This document shows, piece by piece, positions 19,128 through 29,372 of a stretch of 64,000 nt of DNA (positions within the stretch are counted from its first letter, which is position 1; each line of letters begins with the position of its first letter). Position numbers and translations under genes: made by a program. The notes under the pieces are model-generated. The model worked only from the letters and a program-made list of their open reading frames with translations, ran no database searches and had not been told where the DNA came from. The stretch is from positions 11,380 through 75,379 of the forward strand of contig CALVXK010000006.1 of the NCBI GenBank assembly GCA_944369075.1. The letters are read 5' to 3'. Source of the DNA: an uncultured Bacilli bacterium (lineage in GTDB: Bacteria; Bacillota_I; Bacilli_A; RFN20; CAG-826).

Positions 19128-19979
19128 ATGGTAGAAAAGGCTTATTCAAAAATTAATATTACTCTTGATGTAAAAGATTTAAGAGACGATGGTTATCATA
19201 ATATCGAAAGCGTAATTTTGCCTTTAGAATTTCACGATTCTTTAGAAGTTTCAATCTTACCTAAGTCTACACCAGATGATTTTGTGGTTTGTGATGATTT
19301 TTCTTTAAGAATTTCAAAATATAATTTAGTTCACAAAACAATAGATCTTTGCCGTGCTAAATGGGGCTTTAAAGAAAGATTAAATGTAAATATTCATAAA
19401 AATATTTATTTACAAGCAGGTCTTGGTGGAGGAAGTGCTGATGCAGCCGCTATTTTAAGAACTATTATTAGAATGTTTAAATTAACTCCAACAGAAGAAG
19501 AAATTAAAGAAATTTGTTTAAAAGCAGGAAGTGATGTTTATTATCAATATTATAATAAACCCGCTCTTGTATCTGGAAAGGGCGATAAACTTGAATTTTT
19601 TGATTGCCCTTTAGATTTCTATGTTTTATTAGTTAAACCATTACTTGGTAATTCGACCGAGGCCGTTTTTACTGAAGCCGATCAACATGATTTAATTCAT
19701 GGAGATTCAAGAAAAACAATCGAAGCTTTAAAAACAAAAGACTTAAAAGAAATACAAAAAACTATGTTCAATTCATTATTTGAACCTGCAAAAATTCTAT
19801 GTAGTGAAATAGAAGAAGTTTATAATGAACTAAAATCACTTGATTTTGATGCTTATGGAATGACTGGAAGTGGTTCTTGTTTATTCGCTCTAAGTTATGA
19901 TAAAAAGAAACTTGAAAAAGCAGAAAAACATTTCTTCTTGAGAGGTTATCAAAGTGATTTAACTAAAATTCATAATTAA
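19128..19979 (+). CDS. ispE: 4-diphosphocytidyl-2-C-methyl-D-erythritol kinase-like GHMP kinase
   Basis: 283 aa with KINITLDV, the GHMP motif AGLGGGSADAAA and GMTGSGSCLFAL. Confidence 0.85.
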   Translation: MVEKAYSKINITLDVKDLRDDGYHNIESVILPLEFHDSLEVSILPKSTPDDFVVCDDFSLRISKYNLVHKTIDLCRAKWGFKERLNVNIHKNIYLQAGLGGGSADAAAILRTIIRMFKLTPTEEEIKEICLKAGSDVYYQYYNKPALVSGKGDKLEFFDCPLDFYVLLVKPLLGNSTEAVFTEADQHDLIHGDSRKTIEALKTKDLKEIQKTMFNSLFEPAKILCSEIEEVYNELKSLDFDAYGMTGSGSCLFALSYDKKKLEKAEKHFFLRGYQSDLTKIHN

Positions 19980-19995
19980 TTAAATATGAATATAT

Positions 19996-20023
19996 AGACT
20001 AGTTATTATGCTAGTCTTTTTTT
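19996..20023 (+). terminator. intrinsic terminator after ispE
   Basis: AGACTAG-ttattatg-CTAGTCT followed by a T run. Confidence 0.6.
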
Positions 20024-20025
20024 AA

Positions 20026-20058
20026 TAAAAAAACAGATGGTTTTTGGCCATCTGTTTT
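20026..20058. terminator. bidirectional intrinsic terminator (serves ppdK on the minus strand)
   Basis: An A run, then ACAGATGG-tttttgg-CCATCTGT, then TTTT. Confidence 0.65.
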
Positions 20059-20078
20059 AAGAAAGGAGGTTAGAACTA

Positions 20079-22736
20079 TTATTTACCTTCTCTTTGTAAT
20101 TTAATTTCTGCTTGAGCAGCTGCGAGTCTTGCGATTGGGACTCTGAATGGAGAACATGAGACGTAATCTAAGCCAACTTTATTGAAGAATTCGATTGATC
20201 TTGGATCACCACCGTGTTCACCACAGACACCACATAATAATGTAGGTCTTGTTTCTCTACCATCTTTAACAGCCATCTTAATTAATTTACCAACACCTTT
20301 TTGGTCGACTGTTTGGAATGGATCATCTTCTAAGATCTTATTCTTGTAGTAATCTGGTAAGAATTTAGAAGCATCATCTCTTGAGAAACCGAATGTCATT
20401 TGTGTTAAGTCGTTTGTACCAAATGAATAGAATTCAGCTTCACTAGCAATTTCACTTGATAATAAAGCAGCACGTGGAATTTCAATCATTGTACCGACAT
20501 GGTATTTGAGTGTGAAATTGTTTTCTGCTAAGACTTTTTCAACTTCATTAACGATAATTGATTTAACGAATTTGAATTCTTTAAGATCAAGTGTTAATGG
20601 AATCATAATTTCTGGTTCAATTGATCTGTTTAAATCTTTAGATGCTTTAATTGCAGCTTCAATAATAGCTCTTGTTTGCATTCTACCGATTTCTGGATAA
20701 GAAACGTCTAATCTACATCCTCTGTGACCCATCATTGGGTTGAATTCGTGTAAGTAAGCGATTCTATCTTTGATTTCTTGAACAGTCTTGTGTAATGCAA
20801 CTGCTAATTCTTCAATCTTATCTTCTTCTTGAGGTAAGAATTCGTGGAGAGGTGGATCTAATAATCTGATGTTAACATTGATTTCTTTTAAATCCTTCAT
20901 GGACATATATAATCCATAGAAGTCATCTCTTTGATATGGAAGGAGTTCAGCTAATGCTGCTTCTCTTTCTTCGACTGTATCAGAGAGAATCATCTTTCTC
21001 ATGTGGAAGATTCTATCTTTATCGAAGAACATGTGTTCTGTTCTACAAAGACCGATACCTTCAGCACCGAATTTTGCAGCTTGGATAGCATCACGTGGAG
21101 TATCTGCGTTAGTTCTAATAGTTAATCTCTTATATTTATCTGCAAGAGCCATTAATCTACCGAAATTACCACTTGATGTATCTGGTTCTACGAGTTTAAT
21201 TGCACCTTCATAGACGTCACCGGTTGAACCGTTTAATGAAATAACATCGCCTTCACCATATGTTTTACCATTGATAGTGACTGTTTTTGCTTCTTCATCA
21301 ACGATAGCAGCGCTACAGCCAGTGATACAGCATTTACCCATACCTCTAGCAACAACAGCAGCGTGAGAAGTCATACCGCCTCTCATTGTTAAGATACCTT
21401 CAGCAGCGACCATACCTTCGATATCTTCTGGAGATGTTTCAGCTCTGACTAAGACAACTTTTTCACCATTAGCGTGTCTTTCTTCTGCTGATTTAGCATC
21501 GAATGCACATTTACCGACACCTGCACCTGGAGATGCTGGGTTACCAGAAGCGATTGGTTTATGATGAGCTAAATCATCTTTATCGAATGTTGGGTGTAAT
21601 AAAGAGTCTAATAATTGTGGTTCAACTCTTAAAACAGCTGTTTGTTCATCAATAACACCTTCATCTAATAAGTCAAAAGCAATTTGTAATGAAGCTTGAG
21701 CAGTTCTTTTACCATTTCTTGTTTGTAAGAAATATAATTTACCATTTTCAATGGTATATTCCATATCTTGCATGTCTTTGTAGTGAGCTTCCATTTCTTT
21801 AATGGTTTTGCTAAATTCTTCATAGACTTCTGGCATTCTATTCTTTAATTCATCGATATGGAGAGGAGTTCTAATACCTGCGACAACGTCTTCACCTTGA
21901 GCACATGGTAAGTATTCGGCGTAAATTTGTTTTTTACCTGTAGATGGGTCTCTTGAGAAAGCGACACCAGTACCGGAATTTTCGTTTAAGTTACCGAAAA
22001 CCATGGATTGAACGTTAACTGCTGTACCCCATTCATATGGAATACCATTCATTTTACGGTAAACGTTAGCTCTTGGGTTATCCCATGATCTGAAGACAGC
22101 TTCAACAGCTTCGTGTAATTGAACATATGGATCAGATGGGAATTCTTCACCAAATGTTTTCTTATAATATTCTTTATAGGACTTAACTAATTCTTTTAAG
22201 TCTTCTGCAGGAACATCACTATCTAATTTGTAGCCTTTTTGAGCTTTTAATTCTTCTAACATGTGATCCATGTCAGTTCTTGGATGTCCTTTTGCAATGT
22301 TTGTAAACATTAAGATAAATCTACGATATGAGTCGTAAGCGAATCTTTCATTATTTGCAGCTTTTGCAAGTTCTTGGACGGATGTGTCGTTTAAACCTAA
22401 GTTCAAAATTGTGTCCATCATACCTGGCATAGAGACTCTAGCGCCAGAACGAACAGAAACTAAAAGAGGCATCTTTGTTGGGTCGACACCGCCGAAGGAC
22501 TTTCCAGTTTCTTTTTCGACTTCTTTAATGCCTTCATCTACTTGAGCAACTAAGTAGCTTGGCATTGATTTATTATTTTCATAATAAAGAGTGCATGCTT
22601 CGGTTGTGATTGTGAAACCTTGAGGAATATTAATACCGATATGAGTCATTTCTGCTAAACCGGCACCTTTACCACCTAAGAGTTCTTTTCCTAATCCGTA
22701 AGCATTTTTGAAAAGGTAAACATATTGTTTTGCCAT
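20079..22736 (-). CDS. ppdK: pyruvate, phosphate dikinase
   Basis: It has GGKGAGLAEM, the phosphohistidine region GGMTSHAAVVARG and the C-terminal PEP-utilising domain (FSFGTNDLTQ, CGEHGGDP). I prefer the start at M21 (MAKQYVY, 22736), which is preceded by AGGAGG. The track's longer N-terminus has no support. Confidence 0.95.
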   Translation of the reverse strand: MAKQYVYLFKNAYGLGKELLGGKGAGLAEMTHIGINIPQGFTITTEACTLYYENNKSMPSYLVAQVDEGIKEVEKETGKSFGGVDPTKMPLLVSVRSGARVSMPGMMDTILNLGLNDTSVQELAKAANNERFAYDSYRRFILMFTNIAKGHPRTDMDHMLEELKAQKGYKLDSDVPAEDLKELVKSYKEYYKKTFGEEFPSDPYVQLHEAVEAVFRSWDNPRANVYRKMNGIPYEWGTAVNVQSMVFGNLNENSGTGVAFSRDPSTGKKQIYAEYLPCAQGEDVVAGIRTPLHIDELKNRMPEVYEEFSKTIKEMEAHYKDMQDMEYTIENGKLYFLQTRNGKRTAQASLQIAFDLLDEGVIDEQTAVLRVEPQLLDSLLHPTFDKDDLAHHKPIASGNPASPGAGVGKCAFDAKSAEERHANGEKVVLVRAETSPEDIEGMVAAEGILTMRGGMTSHAAVVARGMGKCCITGCSAAIVDEEAKTVTINGKTYGEGDVISLNGSTGDVYEGAIKLVEPDTSSGNFGRLMALADKYKRLTIRTNADTPRDAIQAAKFGAEGIGLCRTEHMFFDKDRIFHMRKMILSDTVEEREAALAELLPYQRDDFYGLYMSMKDLKEINVNIRLLDPPLHEFLPQEEDKIEELAVALHKTVQEIKDRIAYLHEFNPMMGHRGCRLDVSYPEIGRMQTRAIIEAAIKASKDLNRSIEPEIMIPLTLDLKEFKFVKSIIVNEVEKVLAENNFTLKYHVGTMIEIPRAALLSSEIASEAEFYSFGTNDLTQMTFGFSRDDASKFLPDYYKNKILEDDPFQTVDQKGVGKLIKMAVKDGRETRPTLLCGVCGEHGGDPRSIEFFNKVGLDYVSCSPFRVPIARLAAAQAEIKLQREGK

Positions 22737-22808
22737 TTGTTTATATTTCCTCCTAAAAATGTATGGCTTTTCACCAGCGGTTTTATTATAACACATTTCT
22801 TTTAAGGT

Positions 22809-22836
22809 TTGATATAAATATCAAAAGTAATATAAT
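22809..22836 (+). promoter_or_regulatory. promoter abutting the kinase start codon (candidate leaderless mRNA)
   Basis: TTGATA (22809-22814), a 16-nt spacer, TATAAT (22831-22836), then 7 nt to the ATG at 22844. There is no SD sequence. Confidence 0.4.
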
Positions 22837-22843
22837 TTTTGAT

Positions 22844-24406
22844 ATGAGTTGTGTAATTGCTATAGATTATGGAACCCAATCGGTGAGAGTTTCAGTTGTA
22901 AATGATAAAGGTGAGTTTCTAGCTTTCGAACAAGAAAAATACGAACAGCCTTATTTTTCTTTAAAACCAGGCTATTGTGAACAAAATCCTGATTATTATT
23001 ATGATAAAATGTGTATTGCTGCAAAAAGATTAACAGCAAAAAATAAAGATTTAGTATCTAAGTGTTCTTCGATTTCTTCAACTTGCTTTAGGGATACTTG
23101 TGTATTACTTGATAAAGATAAAAAAGTAGTAAGACCTTCTATTATTTGGTTAGACCAAAGACAGGCTAAATTAATAAAGAAATTACCTTTTTTATATGAT
23201 GCTGCTTTTACTATTGTAGGAATGGCAGAAACTGTAAGTGTAAACAGAAAAAGAACTCCAGCAATCTGGATTCAAGAAAACGAACCAGAAAACTGGGCTA
23301 AAACAAAATATTATGTTCCATTAAATACATACTTAAATTATCGACTTTTAGGTGAATTAAAAGATAGTGCTTCTAATTATATTGGCCATTTCCCTCTTAA
23401 TTTTAAAAAAGGAAATCTGTATAGTAAAAATGCAATCAAAGGGTGTATATATGGTATTGATCCAAGCATGATGATTGAACCATTTAGACCTGGAGAAGTT
23501 TTAGGTAAAATAACAAAAAATTGCCACGTGGAAACTGGATTTCCCGAAGGTCTTCAATATATTGCAACCGGTAATGATAAGTCATGCGAAGCTTTAGGGG
23601 CTGGGGCAATTGAAGAATATGCTGCTCACGCAAGTTTTGGTACTGCATCATCTATTGCGATGATTTCAAAAAAATATTTTGAACCAGTTCATTTTTTACC
23701 ATCTTATTGTACGGCTTTTGAAGGATATTATTCAGGTGAAGTACAAATTTATAGAGGGTATTGGATGCTTTCATGGTTTTTAAAAGAGTTTGCTCACGAA
23801 GAACTTGATACTGCTCAAATTGAAAAAATTGTTCCAGAAGAATTATTAAATAAAAAGATTATGGATATTCAACCTGGAAGTAATGGCTTAATTGTTCAAC
23901 CTTTCTGGGGTCCTCAACTTGATAAACCTTATGGTAAAGGATCTATTATTGGTTTCTATGATGTTCACACAAAATATCATGTTTATAGAGCAATTATTGA
24001 AGGAATAGATTATGCCTTAAAAGAAGGGTTAGAATCTATTCAAAAAAGAAGTCACCAAAAATGTACCTATATAACTGTTGCTGGTGGCGGAAGTAAAAGT
24101 GATGCAATATGTCAAATTACTGCTGATATTTTTAATCTTCCAGTATATAAATCTTCTACTTATGAAACATCTTCTTTAGGTTGTGCGATGGCTCAATTTG
24201 TAGCTTTAAATCAATTTAAAGATATATTTGAAGCTAAAGAAGAAATGGTTACTTATGATAAAATCTTCTATCCACATAAAGAAGCAGTAGAAAAATACGA
24301 TTATTTATATAATAAAGTTTATAAAAAAATTTATCCTAGATTAAAGAAAAACTATAAATATTTGAATCAATATCTTCAAGAAAATAACGAAGGAAGAGTT
24401 GAATAA
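22844..24406 (+). CDS. FGGY-family carbohydrate kinase
   Basis: The N-terminus VIAIDYGTQSVRVSVV is typical of FGGY kinases, and the C-terminal domain carries VAGGGSKSD. I prefer the start at 22844 because the track's 27-aa extension overlaps the ppdK leader. Confidence 0.88.
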   Translation: MSCVIAIDYGTQSVRVSVVNDKGEFLAFEQEKYEQPYFSLKPGYCEQNPDYYYDKMCIAAKRLTAKNKDLVSKCSSISSTCFRDTCVLLDKDKKVVRPSIIWLDQRQAKLIKKLPFLYDAAFTIVGMAETVSVNRKRTPAIWIQENEPENWAKTKYYVPLNTYLNYRLLGELKDSASNYIGHFPLNFKKGNLYSKNAIKGCIYGIDPSMMIEPFRPGEVLGKITKNCHVETGFPEGLQYIATGNDKSCEALGAGAIEEYAAHASFGTASSIAMISKKYFEPVHFLPSYCTAFEGYYSGEVQIYRGYWMLSWFLKEFAHEELDTAQIEKIVPEELLNKKIMDIQPGSNGLIVQPFWGPQLDKPYGKGSIIGFYDVHTKYHVYRAIIEGIDYALKEGLESIQKRSHQKCTYITVAGGGSKSDAICQITADIFNLPVYKSSTYETSSLGCAMAQFVALNQFKDIFEAKEEMVTYDKIFYPHKEAVEKYDYLYNKVYKKIYPRLKKNYKYLNQYLQENNEGRVE

Positions 24407-24430
24407 TTAAATTTTGTAAATTAGATATTA

Positions 24431-24480
24431 AAAAAAGCTGTTTAGTCTCAATAATTATGAGTTTCTAAACAGCTTTTTTG
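24431..24480. terminator. bidirectional intrinsic terminator
   Basis: An A run, then AGCTGTTTAG (24437-24446), an 18-nt loop, CTAAACAGCT (24465-24474), then TTTTT. Confidence 0.65.
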
Positions 24481-24498
24481 TAATTAAATTAGACTTAA

Positions 24499-26331
24499 TT
24501 ATGAATCAACAACAGTGTTTTCACTATTTTTATTCATTGGATTTAATCCAGAGAATTGAGCATTATATAAGTCGGCATAGAATCCACCTTTTGCAAGAAG
24601 TTCTTGGTGATTTCCAGTTTCAACTATATGGCCTTTTTTCATGACGATAATGTTTTTAGCATTTTTAATTGTTGAAAGTCTATGAGCAATAACGAAAGAT
24701 GTTCTACCTTTCATAATTGAGTCTAATGCATCTTGAATTTGTTGCTCAGTACGAGTATCAACACTTGAGGTTGCTTCATCAAGAATTAAGATTTTAGGTT
24801 TTGAAATAATAGCTCTAGCAATAGTTAAAAGTTGTCTTTGACCTTGTGATATATTACTACCATCTTCTGTAAGTTGATAGTTATATCCTCCTGGAAGAGT
24901 TTCAATAAAGTGATGAATACGAGCTTCTTTACAAGCATTTATAATATCTTCATCAGTTGCGTTTTGATTACCATAAAGTAAGTTTTCTTTAATGCTTCCT
25001 TTAAATAACCAAGTATCTTGAAGGACCATACCTATTGCTCCTCTTAGAGTATTTCTAGCAAAGTCCTTTGTAGAAATTCCATCGAGTTTAATAGTTCCAC
25101 CATTAATCTCGTAGAATCTCATAATTAAGTTAACTAATGTTGTTTTACCAGCACCAGTAGGACCAACAATTGCTATCATATCACCTGCATTAACATGAAG
25201 ATTCATATTTTCAATTAATGGTTTATCAGGGGTATATGAGAAAGAAACATTTTCGAAATCAAATGATCCGACAATGTTATCTTCCGTAGTAATTGAATTT
25301 TCTTTATCAGGTTCTTCTTCTTTTTGGTCTAATAAGTTATAAATTCTTTCTCCAGAAGCAACAACAGATTGAATAATATTGAAGATTTGACCAATTTGTT
25401 GAATAGGAGAAGTAAATGAATTTAGGTACATGAAGAAGACAACCATAGTTGGAACGTCAGCAACAATTCCTGCAACAACAGCAATACCAACATAACAAAG
25501 GTTATTAACAAAGAACGTTGTTGGGAAAATTAAACCAGATAAGTATTGAGAAAGTTGGTCACTTTTCTCCATTTTTTTATTAGTTACATTGAATCTTTCT
25601 TCAACGTCTGCTTCTTTATTAAATAATTTAATGATTTTATAACCAGCATAAGTTTCTTCAATTTGTCCATTAAGTTCACCTAAATTGTTACGATAACGAA
25701 CGAATTGTTTTCCTGAGAATTTAGAAATAACAAAGACAAAGGCTAAAGAAAGAGGGACTGAAACTAAAGCTACTAAAGCAAGTTGCCAGTTAATAACAAG
25801 CATTGCAATTAAAGCACCAAAGAACAATGTGACTGCTCTAAATGTTTGAGTAATAATTGATTGTAGGTTTCTTGAGATGTTATCAACATCGTTTGTACCG
25901 ATTGATAATGTATCACCATAAGGAACTCTATCAAAATAAGAAAGAGGAATTCTATCAATTTTTTCTTGGAGTTTATTTCTAATTTCATAAGAGTATCTTG
26001 CTGAAACGCTAACTGCAGCAAATTCACTTAACCAAGAGAATAAAGCAGCTAAAGCATATAAGCCTAAAATTACCCCAAATTTATAAATAAATACATCCCA
26101 GTGAATATTAATAGAACCAGTAATTGTATCAATGAATATTAAATCTTGTTGAGCACTATTTAACAAATCTCTAAGAAGTGAAGGTGTAATAATTGATAAA
26201 ATAGCACTACCTATAGCAAGTATAATGATAAAAACCATTAATACCGCTTGAGATTTAAAATCTTTAATCATTCTAGAGAAGGTTTTTCCAAAATTTTTAG
26301 CTTTTCCTTCCATAACTTTACGTGGTGGCAT
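24499..26331 (-). CDS. ABC exporter, fused permease/ATPase (half of a heterodimer)
   Basis: 610 aa with a six-helix transmembrane domain, Walker A GPTGAGKTT, signature ISQGQRQ and Walker B ILILDEATS. A TAATG overlap couples it to the upstream half-transporter. Confidence 0.92.
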   Translation of the reverse strand: MPPRKVMEGKAKNFGKTFSRMIKDFKSQAVLMVFIIILAIGSAILSIITPSLLRDLLNSAQQDLIFIDTITGSINIHWDVFIYKFGVILGLYALAALFSWLSEFAAVSVSARYSYEIRNKLQEKIDRIPLSYFDRVPYGDTLSIGTNDVDNISRNLQSIITQTFRAVTLFFGALIAMLVINWQLALVALVSVPLSLAFVFVISKFSGKQFVRYRNNLGELNGQIEETYAGYKIIKLFNKEADVEERFNVTNKKMEKSDQLSQYLSGLIFPTTFFVNNLCYVGIAVVAGIVADVPTMVVFFMYLNSFTSPIQQIGQIFNIIQSVVASGERIYNLLDQKEEEPDKENSITTEDNIVGSFDFENVSFSYTPDKPLIENMNLHVNAGDMIAIVGPTGAGKTTLVNLIMRFYEINGGTIKLDGISTKDFARNTLRGAIGMVLQDTWLFKGSIKENLLYGNQNATDEDIINACKEARIHHFIETLPGGYNYQLTEDGSNISQGQRQLLTIARAIISKPKILILDEATSSVDTRTEQQIQDALDSIMKGRTSFVIAHRLSTIKNAKNIIVMKKGHIVETGNHQELLAKGGFYADLYNAQFSGLNPMNKNSENTVVDS

Positions 26332-28493
26332 TAGTTATTACCTCCTTCCGTAACATATTGTTTAGCAAGTTGAATGGTCTTTTCAACTTCTTCAGGATCA
26401 AGTTGAGATCTAACAATATCTTGATAAACCTTACATGAAGCAAGAAGTTCTCTATGAGTACCTTGTCCAACACACTTACCTTCATTTAAGACAATAATAT
26501 TATCGGCATCTAAAATTGAAGAAACTCTTTGAGCAACAACAATTGTAGAAGCATCTTTTGTATATTTTTTAAGTCCAGCTCTAAGCATTGCATCAGTCTT
26601 GAAGTCTAAAGCTGAGAAAGAATCATCAAAAATATAAATTTCAGGTTTTCTTACTAATGCTCTTGCAATACAAAGTCTTTGTTTTTGACCACCTGAGAAG
26701 TTTTTACCACCTTGAGAGACATATGTATCAAGTTTTTCAGGAAGTTTATTAACAAAGTTACCTGCCTGAGCAACATTTAATGCAGTATTAATTTGATCAT
26801 CGGTTGCTTCTTTATCACCAAATTTCATATTATCTCTAATACTACCCGAGAATAATACAGCTTGTTGTGGAACAAAACCGACGTGATCACGTAATACTTT
26901 TTGAGGGAGATTTTTAACATTTACTCCATCAAATAATATTTCACCCTCTGTTGCATCATAGAAACGTGGAATAAGATTGATTAAGGTTGACTTACCGCTA
27001 CCTGTAGAGCCAATGATTGCAGTAGTAGTACCAGGTTTTGTTTTGAACGAAATATTCATAATAGTTGGAGTATTTGCGTCAGGGTAAGTAAAGGAAACAT
27101 TCTTAAATTCAATAACACCATGATCTGTAAAGTCATGGAAATATTTCTCAATAACTCTTATATATTCGTCACTAGTGTTATCGTTTAATTTTTCAATAAT
27201 CTCTTCTCTATTTTTTCTAATATTAACGTAATCTAAATAATCTTTATATTGAGGATCTTTAGCTTTTTCCTCTTCGTTCATTTTAGAGAATTTATCTTTT
27301 AATAAAGAGAATGAGAAGACGCTTCCATCATGAGTATTCTTATAGTTTTCTTTAAATCTATATTCAAGTCTAGTTAAATGAGCTTCATATGCTTTTTTAG
27401 CAAATTCTCTTGCATGAGAGTCATCAATAATAGATTTTGTTTGGAAAACCTCATCAATTCTTTTGTAAGAAGCAATTGCTTGAGGAATCATAATTAAGAT
27501 CATTGCAAACATTAAGAATGAGTTCATGATTTGCATTGAATATTGAGCAACAATAGAAATAACTTTAATTTGTTCTGCTAAAGCTGCGTTAACATCTTTT
27601 CCGCTGATTTCTGTTAATAAATAGAAACCAAAAGCGTAAATAATAATAAATGTGAAGTTAAAAATAACTTGGATAGCTGGGTTAGCTACAGACATAATTC
27701 TGCCAGATCTCTTTTGAATTTTTCTTAAGGCACCATTAACGTCTTTAAATTTCTTATTTTCTGTTTCTTGTTGGTCATAAGCTCTAATAACTCTTACGCC
27801 AGTTAAACCTTCTCTTAAAACAACAGTAACGTCATCTAATCTATATTGCATAAGTTTGAAAAGTGGAACGACAAATGCAAATATAATGACCATTAAAGCT
27901 ATAATTAATGGTATAGCGAATACTAAAACTAATGAAAGTTTTGGTCCTGGATCAGGTAAAGTTACAGTTTTAATAACTGCGATAATCATGTATGTAGGAG
28001 ACATAACCATGATTCTTAAAGCCATAACAACATAGTTTTTAATTTGTTCTATATCGTTTGTGGTTCTTGTAATTAAAGTAGCTGTTCCGAATTTGTTGTA
28101 ATCAGATAAAGATAAGGTATTTACTTTTTGATACATGTATCTTCTTAATTCTTTTCCTATATAAGCACCAGTAGATGATGCACCATAGAATTGAATGAAG
28201 GCACAACATAAAATAACTGCACAGCAAAGTATCATCCATCCACCCTGATTTAAGATTCTACTTATCATATCTCCTTGTGATAGGGTGTCGAAAATTTGAA
28301 GAACTTCGCCAGTTAGTGGGTTGGTGTAAGAAACCGCTTCAACAACAGGCATTTTACTATACATAATGATAGTTTGAATGTTTCCCATGAAATCAGGAAG
28401 ATTTAATTGGAACCAAACTTGGCAAATGATAGCAAGAGCAGTTATTAAAATTAAATACCATCTTTTCGCAAAAATTCTAAAAAGTTTAATCAT
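26331..28493 (-). CDS. ABC exporter, fused permease/ATPase with a ~100-aa TMD-NBD linker insertion
   Basis: 720 aa with Walker A GSTGSGKST, signature FSGGQKQR and Walker B IYIFDDSFS. Confidence 0.92.
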   Translation of the reverse strand: MIKLFRIFAKRWYLILITALAIICQVWFQLNLPDFMGNIQTIIMYSKMPVVEAVSYTNPLTGEVLQIFDTLSQGDMISRILNQGGWMILCCAVILCCAFIQFYGASSTGAYIGKELRRYMYQKVNTLSLSDYNKFGTATLITRTTNDIEQIKNYVVMALRIMVMSPTYMIIAVIKTVTLPDPGPKLSLVLVFAIPLIIALMVIIFAFVVPLFKLMQYRLDDVTVVLREGLTGVRVIRAYDQQETENKKFKDVNGALRKIQKRSGRIMSVANPAIQVIFNFTFIIIYAFGFYLLTEISGKDVNAALAEQIKVISIVAQYSMQIMNSFLMFAMILIMIPQAIASYKRIDEVFQTKSIIDDSHAREFAKKAYEAHLTRLEYRFKENYKNTHDGSVFSFSLLKDKFSKMNEEEKAKDPQYKDYLDYVNIRKNREEIIEKLNDNTSDEYIRVIEKYFHDFTDHGVIEFKNVSFTYPDANTPTIMNISFKTKPGTTTAIIGSTGSGKSTLINLIPRFYDATEGEILFDGVNVKNLPQKVLRDHVGFVPQQAVLFSGSIRDNMKFGDKEATDDQINTALNVAQAGNFVNKLPEKLDTYVSQGGKNFSGGQKQRLCIARALVRKPEIYIFDDSFSALDFKTDAMLRAGLKKYTKDASTIVVAQRVSSILDADNIIVLNEGKCVGQGTHRELLASCKVYQDIVRSQLDPEEVEKTIQLAKQYVTEGGNN

Positions 28494-28498
28494 TTAAT

Positions 28499-29089
28499 TT
28501 AATCACTCCTTTTTAAAACATTCATAATAACGTTTAAAGGTGGAACGATATTTCTCCCATTAGAAAGTATGGAACCATAAACTATCGCATATATTAAATA
28601 AAGATAGCAAAGTATATAATCTCTAGCGTTTCCAGGAGCAAATTTGCCTTCTTTTTGACCTTCAACAAAGTTTTCTTCTAATTGTTTAAAGTGATCCAAG
28701 TTCTCAAAGGATGGTCTAGAATTTGAACCAATTTTAAAAGATAAGATTAAAGCAAGGTAATAAGAATAATCTGTACCTAAAGAAATAGTGGAGATAATAA
28801 AGTTAGTGAGATATTCAAAAAAGTCATAGCCTTTTTTTTCTCTCATTTCATCAATTTCAAAAATAGCGTTAAATTTTTGTTTAGCTTCCTCGATTAAAGC
28901 TTTTAAAATATCGCTTTTTTGAGAAAAATAATGATAGATTAAACCATGAGAAATATGTGCTTCTTTAGCAATTCGATCCATCGGAACTTTTTCATATTCT
29001 TCAAGGCAAAATAATCGTAAAGCAACTTGCAAAATTTGCTTAGCTCTTTTATCACGAATTAATTTATTTGCTTCAGCTGTTCTTGGCAT
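28499..29089 (-). CDS. TetR-family transcriptional regulator
   Basis: 196 aa with an N-terminal HTH (ILQVALRLFCLEEYEKVPMDRIAKEAHISHGLIYHYF). It is the first gene of the exporter operon. Confidence 0.88.
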   Translation of the reverse strand: MPRTAEANKLIRDKRAKQILQVALRLFCLEEYEKVPMDRIAKEAHISHGLIYHYFSQKSDILKALIEEAKQKFNAIFEIDEMREKKGYDFFEYLTNFIISTISLGTDYSYYLALILSFKIGSNSRPSFENLDHFKQLEENFVEGQKEGKFAPGNARDYILCYLYLIYAIVYGSILSNGRNIVPPLNVIMNVLKRSD

Positions 29090-29113
29090 ATCTTTCTCCT
29101 TTAATGTTTAAAA

Positions 29114-29142
29114 AGTATAGTATGTGTTGACTATATTGTCAA
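29114..29142 (-). promoter_or_regulatory. promoter with an overlapping palindromic operator for the TetR/ABC operon
   Basis: On the minus strand: TTGACA (complement of 29137-29142), 17 nt, then TATACT (complement of 29114-29119). The inverted repeat TTGAC-tatatt-GTCAA (29127-29142) covers the -35 element. Confidence 0.55.
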
Positions 29143-29372
29143 TTAAATAAATAAAAAATTTTATAAGCAAATTTTGTAAATAAATTTTCTTAAAATTTTT
29201 AACAATTTTTTATAAATTTAAAACTTGTATAAATTGCAAATTTAAATCTATTTATTAACAATTTCTTTCTTTTTTACCTATTTTCATTAATTTTAGATTA
29301 TTATGATTTTACTAAAAATTTAGGCATATTTATCTTAATAATTAGAGAAATTATGATATAATTTTTGGCGTT

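Noticed and set aside
22737-22843. N-terminal extensions in the track for ppdK (to 22796) and the FGGY kinase (from 22763), which would overlap each other.
   Set aside because: The conserved N-termini begin at MAKQYVY (with AGGAGG upstream) and MSCVIAIDYGT. The extra residues are non-homologous and fall in the shared promoter region.
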